IMG/VR virus record: IMGVR_UViG_3300008117_000010 | Span: 1-64,000 of that record | Source of the DNA: a virus | Length of the DNA: 64,000 nt | Direction: 5' to 3' (one strand) | Part shown: positions 56,088 to 64,000 of the stretch, one piece after another | How positions within the stretch are numbered: position 1 is the first letter of the stretch | Layout: each line of letters starts with the position of its first letter | The notes under the pieces: model-generated | What the model was told of the DNA's origin: nothing | The model's input: the letters and a program-made list of their open reading frames with translations, nothing else | Database searches by the model: none | Translations under genes and position numbers: made by a program

Positions 56088-59000
56088 ATGGCAACTTATA
56101 TACAAGGAGTAACAGATTATATTCCTGAAATTCAACCGTTTCAACCTGACTATAATATTTTAGCACAGGCGCTTAGTACAAAAGAAGCGCAATATCAAGC
56201 AGGCTATGATAAAATAAGTGGAATATACGGTACACTTTTGAATTCAAATATGACGCACTCAGAGAATATTGAGAGGCGTAATAAATACTTTACTCAAATA
56301 GAAAATGAAATTCAAAAGATTGCAGGTCTAGATCTTAGTAGACAAGATAATGTTATAAGTGCTCAACAAGTTTTTAAACCATTAATAAATGATAAGTACA
56401 TTCATAAGGATATGTCCTTTACTAAATCATTTGAAGATAGTTTATTAGCTTCTGAAAATTATAAAAGATGTGTTGGAGAAAATTGTGGTGGTCAATGGTG
56501 GGAAACTGGAGATTTAGAATTAGCATATAAAAGGGAAGAGTTTGCAAATGCATCACTTGACCAAACCTTAGGTATGCAAAATTTAAATTACACTCCATTT
56601 CAGAATGCTTACAAAATGGGGATGGATTTTGCAAAAGAAATGAATTTTGAATCACAATCAGTAGAAATAACACCTGATGGTAGATATCAAATAACGAGGA
56701 CAAATGGTCAACAAATGGTTCCCGATCTATCTCAATATATGATGGCAACTGTAGGTAATGATCCTAAAGTAGCTGATACATATAAAACACAAGCATATGT
56801 AGATAGAAAAAATTATATAAAAGCAAATGCACAACAATACGGTAGTGAAGAAGCTGCTGAGCGTCAATACTTTACAGAAGTATTTACTGCAGTTGAAGAA
56901 TCAAATGCACGACGCCAAGCAGAATTAGAAAAACAAAATCAACAAATTGATAATAAGAAAAAACTTGTTGAAGAAAATAAAAAGACAGGAATTAATCCTG
57001 CATATGATACAGATCCAGAAGCTTTATTATTAGGTCTTGATACTCAAAAAGAAGTTGTTAGTATAAATAAAAAACAAGCAGATGATATAGCTGATTTATC
57101 AAATCCAAGTATTGTTCCAAATCTTCCAATAGATGTACTAAGAAGTAGAGTTGATGCTATTACTGCAAGTAATTCATTACAAGAAACTTTGATTACTGCA
57201 GCATCTAACTATGCTAACCTCACTCAAAAGGTTGAAATAAAAGCCGATGAGTATGGTAAAATGCAAGTACAGCATCAATATAATATGGCTGAAATTGCAT
57301 ATAAAGCACAGCTTGATGCAGAAAAAGAAAAAAAGGAAAGTGAAACAATGGCAGATGCTTTAGGCATTACTGATGGTGTTATTGTTCCTGGAGATGTGGG
57401 TCAAACAGATCCCAATTATAATGTTCAGGAAGAAATGATTAAAAGAGAAGAATCATTGCGTGGAGATGGAACTGCTAAAACTGAACATTTAAGCCAAGTA
57501 GTAGTAAGTCAATTACAATCAGTTGCTAATGATCCAAATGCAAGTCCAGAAAGAAGACAAGAAGCAAGAAGATTATTAGAAGATACATATGGTGTATTAG
57601 AAACCTCAACTACATATAAAGAAAAAACTTATTTAGATGAGTTTGTTGAGGAAATGAAACAAGATTGGGAATCTGATGATGAGTTTACATGGTATAATCC
57701 ACTAGATTTATTTGATATTGCTAAACAAGCTGCTGATGCCAGTTGGGATTATATGTTTGATGATGAAAAAAAGGAATCAGTAAAAGTTGAAAAAGAAGGA
57801 TACTTAAGAAAAGATGCAAGTGGTAATTTATCACTTGTAAAAGATTGGCAAAATAAAGCTAAAACACCTTTCATAAATGATATGAAAAGTGCTAATAATG
57901 TTTTAGAACTTCAGGGAAGAATTAAGAATTTAATAACAAGTGAAGATTTTAAACAAGTAATTAAAGGTCGTGAAGATGTTATTTTACCCGATCTTTATCA
58001 AGCTTATAATGATATACAAGGAACGGAAGCAGAATTACTTGCAGTGCAACAAGCACATTTAAATAATAATAAAGCTGTTTTAAGTTATATTCAATCAACA
58101 CCAACAGATGAATATGATCCATTTATAATGGAAGCACGCGAACAGTTTTTAGATGATAAAGGAAACATAAGATCATTAGAAGAATTTGCACAAGCAGTAA
58201 TGCCTGTTGTTGCTAATCATCCAGATAGAGAAGTATGGGATTGGTCTAGTGCAGCAAAAGGTGCTATGACTGCTAATCTAATACCAATTGTTGGACCAGT
58301 AGCAGGAGTAGTAAGTGGATATAGATCTGGAAAAGTTCCAATGGGTGAATTAGATCAAGAAGATATGATGGATGAAATCGAATCTATATATGATGAATTT
58401 AAAGAAGACTTTAGTGATGCATATGCAAACAAAGATATTCCAGGTATTACAACAGAGTTTAGTCCGTTAGGTGGACACACTGGAGCATTTTCACAAGGTG
58501 TAAGTTATCAAGTTGATTCAATGCTTGGTGGTATGGCTCCATCAAATAGAGCAGCTGGTGAATTATTATCAGCAATAAATCAAAGTGGTGCATTAGCTAA
58601 TCCTAAAGCAGCTGAAGCAACATGGATAATGGGAGATGGTTCTATGATTACTCCAGATGTAATTGATGATCAATATAGTGAAGATAAAGAAAATGCTATT
58701 AGAGCAATGATGCAACAAATGAGCATGGATTTTTTAAGTAGTAATCCAAAAAATACCACAGACGGTAGACCAAGATTTAAAATAACTAGTTATGGTACCG
58801 GAGCTCAAAATCGTAATAATGTTGCAATAACCTTTACACCGTCTCAAGCATATTTAAAAGGATTAATAGGTTCAGAAAATTTACCTGGGGTATATAGATC
58901 TGCCTTTGGTAAAAATATGGATCAAGCTACATTCACATTAATTATACCACGTGAAAAATTAGCCCAACATACTGGTTCTGATGGTAGACCTCGTGAAACA

Positions 59001-59303
59001 GCTATTATTTCTAGACATACTAATACGCGTGTTGAAAGAGTATTTAACTTAACAAATCAATATAACATTGATTATGGTAATTTAGGTGGTAGTTCTTCTA
59101 TAAGAAGAGATTCAAATGGTAATGTTTTCTTATATCAAACATCTGCAGAATATGATCCACAAACAGGAAGAATAATAAATACTCCGTTAGCACCTGTTTA
59201 TTTAAAAGATTTTGATATTAATCAAACTGTGGAAACGTTAAATCAAACCCATAAAGAAATCTTACAAGACAATAGTATTAACATAAAAAGAGATAGAAGA
59301 TAA
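56088..59303 (+). CDS. Virion cargo/ejection protein
   Basis: 1071 aa helical protein; hydrophobic LIPIVGPVAGVV segment; cargo-cluster position. Confidence 0.6.
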   Translation: MATYIQGVTDYIPEIQPFQPDYNILAQALSTKEAQYQAGYDKISGIYGTLLNSNMTHSENIERRNKYFTQIENEIQKIAGLDLSRQDNVISAQQVFKPLINDKYIHKDMSFTKSFEDSLLASENYKRCVGENCGGQWWETGDLELAYKREEFANASLDQTLGMQNLNYTPFQNAYKMGMDFAKEMNFESQSVEITPDGRYQITRTNGQQMVPDLSQYMMATVGNDPKVADTYKTQAYVDRKNYIKANAQQYGSEEAAERQYFTEVFTAVEESNARRQAELEKQNQQIDNKKKLVEENKKTGINPAYDTDPEALLLGLDTQKEVVSINKKQADDIADLSNPSIVPNLPIDVLRSRVDAITASNSLQETLITAASNYANLTQKVEIKADEYGKMQVQHQYNMAEIAYKAQLDAEKEKKESETMADALGITDGVIVPGDVGQTDPNYNVQEEMIKREESLRGDGTAKTEHLSQVVVSQLQSVANDPNASPERRQEARRLLEDTYGVLETSTTYKEKTYLDEFVEEMKQDWESDDEFTWYNPLDLFDIAKQAADASWDYMFDDEKKESVKVEKEGYLRKDASGNLSLVKDWQNKAKTPFINDMKSANNVLELQGRIKNLITSEDFKQVIKGREDVILPDLYQAYNDIQGTEAELLAVQQAHLNNNKAVLSYIQSTPTDEYDPFIMEAREQFLDDKGNIRSLEEFAQAVMPVVANHPDREVWDWSSAAKGAMTANLIPIVGPVAGVVSGYRSGKVPMGELDQEDMMDEIESIYDEFKEDFSDAYANKDIPGITTEFSPLGGHTGAFSQGVSYQVDSMLGGMAPSNRAAGELLSAINQSGALANPKAAEATWIMGDGSMITPDVIDDQYSEDKENAIRAMMQQMSMDFLSSNPKNTTDGRPRFKITSYGTGAQNRNNVAITFTPSQAYLKGLIGSENLPGVYRSAFGKNMDQATFTLIIPREKLAQHTGSDGRPRETAIISRHTNTRVERVFNLTNQYNIDYGNLGGSSSIRRDSNGNVFLYQTSAEYDPQTGRIINTPLAPVYLKDFDINQTVETLNQTHKEILQDNSINIKRDRR

Positions 59304-62300
59304 TGGCTGAAGTAAATAGTACTCCAAATACTTTTGAAGTAAAAAGTGATTCAGGAAATACAATTAATGTTATTCCAAAAACACCAAGTACTTCATCCTC
59401 TAAATTATATGATGAACAAGCAACAGTTGGTAATAGTGTAAGTGGACCTAATCCTTCACCTACAGGTGTATCATCTACTGATCGTCTTAATAATGCGGTA
59501 TTAAAAATAAAAGATACTACCGATCCATATGCATATGCTAAACCATCAGCTTTTAATTCAACTCATACAGGATTAAACTTTGATAGATATTCAAATCATA
59601 GTCAATTTAGAAATTTAGGATTCAGTCCCTTTAGGGATAATGAAACTATTTATAATAATAATAGTTCATGGTTTGATGATTTTGGAAGAGCAGCGAGTCA
59701 ATATGGAACATTGTTTTCTGCAGGTGCAACATCCCTTTTTAAAAACTGGGGTTCATTAAGTAATACCACTCCAGACTTTGATTCTGCAAATACTATGGAA
59801 AAAGCCATGGCAATTGGTAGTTCTAGTAAATCAGGATTTGGAGCAAGCTTTACAAATTTCTTTTTAAATTCAGCATACACTGTTGGTGTAATTGCAGAAA
59901 TAGCTGCAGAAGAAATTGCACTTGGATTAGCAACGGGTGCATCTGGTGGTGGTGCTGCACCAGCAGCACTAACAAGAACAGGATTAAATATTGGTCGATT
60001 TACAAAAGCAATTGGTCAATTATTTAAAGGTGCAAATAATATTTCTACCGCTCGTAAAGTTTGGAATGTTGCAAAAAAGATAACACCCTTTGGTGATACT
60101 GCTGATTTAGCACGTGGATTAATAAAAGGAGAACGTGCAACATTAAGAGGAATTTATAAAGACTATAACTCTCTAGATAATTTTGCAAAATCAAAAGCAT
60201 TATTTGGTCAATTCTATCGTGATGTACGCGAAATAAATGCTGCCTCATCAGAATCTAAATTAGAAGCAGGAATGGTTAGTAATGAAGTTTCTGCTAAACT
60301 AATTGATGAATTCTACAGAGATAATGGTAGAATGCCTAACTTTAATGAATCACAAGTTATTCATAGTCAAGCACTTCAAGCTGGATCAGAAGCATATTTA
60401 TATAATATGCCTGCTATATACTTTAGTAATAAATTAGTTTTAGAAGGTGCTCTAAAAGGTATTAAACCTTTTAGATCAATAATGAATAAAGTACCTAATA
60501 ATCTTAGACCTGTTATTAAAACCGTGGATGGTAAAAAAACAGCAAAGGTTTATGATATGAATAATATCAAGAGTTATTTAAATCTTGATTCAATAAGAAT
60601 GTTAGGTAAAGCTTTACGTCCTAAAAATTTAGTTGGTACTGGTATCAGATATACTAGTGCAAATTTTGCAGAAGGTTTACAAGAAGTTTATCAAGAATCA
60701 TTATCTGCTGGACTTATAGATCACTATACAAATAAAAACTTTGGTCAAGAACGTCTTGGTCAAGCTGGATTATTAAATAGTTTAAGATTAGGTGCAGCAG
60801 AACTTGATAAGCAAAATATGGCTTTAGAAACATTTTTATCAGGTTTCTTTATGGCAGCTCCTATTGGAGGACTTCAAACAATTGCATTTAAGAAAGCTCC
60901 TAGATTATATCAAAAATATAGAAATCCAGAAAAGTATAAGCAATATATTGATGATAGAAAAAATGCAATTACAAAATTAGAAAATTCATTAAATGCAATT
61001 ATTAATGATCCAGCAAAATTTGCAAATGATTTTTATGCAAATGCAACTGAACAAAATAATTTAATTACAAGACAATTAGAATCAGAAGAAGCAGGAGATA
61101 TCGCCGGAGCAAAGAATATTAAAGAGCAATCTTTCTTTGAGCATGTTCACACTTTACTTAAACATAACATGCTTGATGAGTTTCAAACTCAAATGCGTGA
61201 TTTATTAAAGTTAGATGATACTTCATTAAAAGAAGCATTTGGTAATGGTCGTGAAAGCATAGAAGGGGATTCATTTAATGCTGGATTACGTGATCGTATA
61301 AATAAAGCTATATCACGTGCAGATCGTCTTAAAGAAAGATATGAAGAATCAAATGAAAAGTTTGTTAATGATTATAATCCAGATACTGAACGTGATTTAT
61401 ATGAGGCATTTGAAGAAGGAAAGAAAGCCTATTTATTTAATGAGTTTATGTTTGAACGAGTTGGCTCTAGAATACAATCAATGACTGGTTCATTAGCTAG
61501 TAATCCAAAACTATCACAAGTATTAGGTGGTGATATTGCAATATTATTTGATACAACTGCAGGAGGAGCATTACAAAGCAAAATAAAAAACTTAGAATCT
61601 GAAATTAAAATATACGAACAAGCAACTACAGCCGAAGACAAAGAAATTTTAAAACAAAAACAAGAAGAATACGAAGGGTTAAATACTTGGTATTCAGCTA
61701 TAACTGCATTTGAAAGAACATATGATGAAAGTGTTAAGTTAGAAAACTTTGATCCAAGCAAAGCAGAAAAATTTGTATTACAATTTCCAAAGGGATCTCC
61801 TATTGAATATACAAATACTAAAGGTGAAAAGGTTGAAGGTAAATTTGTAGGTGTATTAGGTAAAAATATATTAATTGAAATAGTAAATAAGAAAGGTAAA
61901 AAACAAAGAGTTGCAGTAGATAGATCAAAAACTGCATTTATGGGTGAGCAAGATATTGATTTATCAGCTCAAGAAATACAGTTTGGTGATCAAACTACTT
62001 TAGTAGATTCAATGGTTTATATGCTTGAAGCTTTATTTGGGCAAGTAGATAGCAGTTTTCAAATTAAAGGTATTGAACCATTAAAAGGATATCTTAATAC
62101 TCTTGCTGGACCCAATGGTCTTAATATGACCAAAGATGAAATGGGTGAGATATTTGCTAATGTTTTAGACATTGTGCGTTTAAGAAAAGATTCAGCACGA
62201 CACATTAATGCATTAAATATATTAACTGATCCTGATTACTTTAATTCAAATGTTGAAAAAATTGGCCAATTAATTAGTACAGCAAATCGCTTAGCTAAAA

Positions 62301-64000
62301 TAAAAGTAAAAGCTATGCTGGATGATTATGAAAGAATGATGGATAATCATCACTTACTACAAGAACTTTATGAGATTGGAATATTTTTAGATCCAAATAA
62401 CGTTGATGCTCTTGTTAATAAAAATAAAATACCATCAAGTTTTTATGCAGCAACAAATCTACCAAACATTCCTGAACTAACACAAATTGATCCTAGTAAT
62501 CCTCAGCACAAAGATATATATAATAAAATCTTAGAAGTTCTAGAATCATATGAGGCTTTAAAAGGAATTGAGTTTGTAGGTAAAGTTGATCCTACAGCAA
62601 TTAGTCAAACAATTCCTTTAGGACAACAGTTTCAAAAACAAAAAGGTGATGAAAGAACTATTCTTGATTTAGCTACTGAATATGGATTTAATAAAGATAA
62701 TCCTACAGATATAAGTGCAAAGGAGTTATTACAAAAAATAATAGACAGTCAATTTGGTTATTTACCTGATAAACAATTAGCACGTAGATTATTATCTGTT
62801 ATAAAAGATGATATTAATATTAGCTTTAATAGAAACCATCCTGTCGCAGTATCATATGATACTACTAACGGTATAGTAATCAATCCTAATTTCAGTGCTG
62901 CTAATTACAGAACTGGAATATTAAATATTGAAAAAGTTATTCTTAATGGATTGATGCAAAAGTTAGTTAATGATAATTTAACTAATGCAAAATTTAAAGC
63001 AGATATTGAAAATATTAAAACCAAGGTTCAAGAAGCTATTGTTAGTGGTAAATTAAATGCTATTATTGAACAGCTTGAACAACAATGGAATGTTGTATTT
63101 CCAAAAAATGAAAAAGGAGATATTATTATTGATGATGTAGTTGGATTAAAAAGCATTGAACAGTTTGTTGCAATGGCAATGACTGATCTCTCATTTCAAT
63201 CTATACTAGCTAATACAATTACTGAAGAAACAAATAAAAGTGTATGGCAAGAATTTTTGGAGTCACTCAGAAACTTGCTTGAACAAATAACTGGATTATA
63301 TAAAGGTGGTAATGCATTAGAAGAAACATTAAGAATTACTTCTACTGCAATACTTGGTGAACAAATAACTGAAACTCAAACAACTGCTGAAGAAATAAAT
63401 GTCGCTACACCTTTACAACAACTACCAGAAGATTTAACAGATGCACTTAATGTTGCATGGAATGAATTATCACCTGAAGATAAACAAAGTTACGGTAGCA
63501 TTGATTCATGGATTCAAGGTTCATCTGCAGCAGCAACCATAATTAATAATTATAAAAAGAAGAAAGAAAAGAAAGAAGTTGGAGATGATAAAAAAGGATT
63601 GATACAAAATACATTAACAGTTGCACAGTTAAGTTATCTTAGAAATAAGTCGGGATTAGAAGAGAGTGACATATTTTCTATGGAACTTCCCGAGTTAATT
63701 GAAATTGTTAATGGTAAATTTAGAGTTCTTGCTCCAAATGAAAATCAAAATTTAACTAGTGCCCAATTACAAGAAGGAAGAATAATCAAAACCTTCAATG
63801 GAATTACAATGACTAATGTTCCTATTGGAACGCAAAATGTTGTAAATCCTGCAGTTCAACAACAACTCGTACAAATTGGTTCAAAGCTAGAAGCAATCTT
63901 TTCTAATGTATTAGGTAGAGGAGATGCTTCAAAAGTTGCACTTCTAAAAAATCAAGCAAAAGCGGTTGGTGATAATATTATAAATCAAATTAAACAGATC
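59303..64000 (+). CDS. Giant cargo protein, truncated (candidate virion RNA polymerase-associated polyprotein)
   Basis: ATG overlaps the upstream TAA; frame checked at the start and at 62.9-63.3 kb; over 1500 aa; G/A-rich hydrophobic segments and a degenerate zincin domain; no RNAP motif seen inside the window. Confidence 0.7.
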   Translation, partial: MAEVNSTPNTFEVKSDSGNTINVIPKTPSTSSSKLYDEQATVGNSVSGPNPSPTGVSSTDRLNNAVLKIKDTTDPYAYAKPSAFNSTHTGLNFDRYSNHSQFRNLGFSPFRDNETIYNNNSSWFDDFGRAASQYGTLFSAGATSLFKNWGSLSNTTPDFDSANTMEKAMAIGSSSKSGFGASFTNFFLNSAYTVGVIAEIAAEEIALGLATGASGGGAAPAALTRTGLNIGRFTKAIGQLFKGANNISTARKVWNVAKKITPFGDTADLARGLIKGERATLRGIYKDYNSLDNFAKSKALFGQFYRDVREINAASSESKLEAGMVSNEVSAKLIDEFYRDNGRMPNFNESQVIHSQALQAGSEAYLYNMPAIYFSNKLVLEGALKGIKPFRSIMNKVPNNLRPVIKTVDGKKTAKVYDMNNIKSYLNLDSIRMLGKALRPKNLVGTGIRYTSANFAEGLQEVYQESLSAGLIDHYTNKNFGQERLGQAGLLNSLRLGAAELDKQNMALETFLSGFFMAAPIGGLQTIAFKKAPRLYQKYRNPEKYKQYIDDRKNAITKLENSLNAIINDPAKFANDFYANATEQNNLITRQLESEEAGDIAGAKNIKEQSFFEHVHTLLKHNMLDEFQTQMRDLLKLDDTSLKEAFGNGRESIEGDSFNAGLRDRINKAISRADRLKERYEESNEKFVNDYNPDTERDLYEAFEEGKKAYLFNEFMFERVGSRIQSMTGSLASNPKLSQVLGGDIAILFDTTAGGALQSKIKNLESEIKIYEQATTAEDKEILKQKQEEYEGLNTWYSAITAFERTYDESVKLENFDPSKAEKFVLQFPKGSPIEYTNTKGEKVEGKFVGVLGKNILIEIVNKKGKKQRVAVDRSKTAFMGEQDIDLSAQEIQFGDQTTLVDSMVYMLEALFGQVDSSFQIKGIEPLKGYLNTLAGPNGLNMTKDEMGEIFANVLDIVRLRKDSARHINALNILTDPDYFNSNVEKIGQLISTANRLAKIKVKAMLDDYERMMDNHHLLQELYEIGIFLDPNNVDALVNKNKIPSSFYAATNLPNIPELTQIDPSNPQHKDIYNKILEVLESYEALKGIEFVGKVDPTAISQTIPLGQQFQKQKGDERTILDLATEYGFNKDNPTDISAKELLQKIIDSQFGYLPDKQLARRLLSVIKDDINISFNRNHPVAVSYDTTNGIVINPNFSAANYRTGILNIEKVILNGLMQKLVNDNLTNAKFKADIENIKTKVQEAIVSGKLNAIIEQLEQQWNVVFPKNEKGDIIIDDVVGLKSIEQFVAMAMTDLSFQSILANTITEETNKSVWQEFLESLRNLLEQITGLYKGGNALEETLRITSTAILGEQITETQTTAEEINVATPLQQLPEDLTDALNVAWNELSPEDKQSYGSIDSWIQGSSAAATIINNYKKKKEKKEVGDDKKGLIQNTLTVAQLSYLRNKSGLEESDIFSMELPELIEIVNGKFRVLAPNENQNLTSAQLQEGRIIKTFNGITMTNVPIGTQNVVNPAVQQQLVQIGSKLEAIFSNVLGRGDASKVALLKNQAKAVGDNIINQIKQI

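Noticed and set aside
2489-61761. Short antisense or nested ORFs in the track (e.g. 2489..2677, 3710..4000, 10336..10677, 13981..14241, 49677..50000, 52887..53291, 61429..61761)
   Set aside because: Shadows of longer, motif-bearing genes on the other strand or frame
1-64000. Stop-codon reassignment (TAG or TGA), known in some crAss-like phages
   Set aside because: Terminase, portal, MCP and multi-kb cargo genes are intact in the standard code; TAG and TGA serve as real stops; the only full tRNA is Leu(UAA)
59303-64000. Firm call as virion RNA polymerase
   Set aside because: No catalytic DxDxD motif seen in the visible part; position alone is only suggestive

Overview
A 64-kb, AT-rich segment of a crAss-like (Crassvirales-related) podophage, probably infecting an environmental Bacteroidota host (TAnnTTTG promoters, no Shine-Dalgarno motifs, a lipoprotein with a K-K-E-E-E export signal). 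It uses the standard genetic code. Two divergent arms meet at a GC/G-tract-rich junction at about 12.7-12.9 kb. The minus-strand arm (1-12.7 kb) holds small early genes, an SF2 helicase, thymidine kinase, an AlkB-like oxygenase, a tRNA-Leu(UAA) and a ~1.3-kb structured non-coding region. The plus-strand arm (12.9-64 kb) holds GroES, a lysis cassette, a PD-(D/E)xK nuclease, PhoH, terminase, portal, major capsid protein, Cys-rich tail proteins, ring/muzzle proteins and giant cargo proteins, the last truncated by the window end. Best candidates for undescribed biology: (1) early genes built as cassettes bounded by strand-specific GCGAAGC/C-GAA-G DNA mini-hairpins that resemble N4 virion-RNA-polymerase promoters; (2) three copies of an RNA three-way-junction scaffold enclosing unrelated 42/143/66-nt cores; (3) cargo proteins built from modules separated by recurrent Phi-x-x-G-G motifs, one module being an outer-membrane-type beta-barrel; (4) a tRNA-like RNA lacking its anticodon arm; (5) a hairpin RNA whose loop is antisense to an AAACCAACA motif at several late start codons. 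All assignments come from motif recognition and gene order; no database searches were run.
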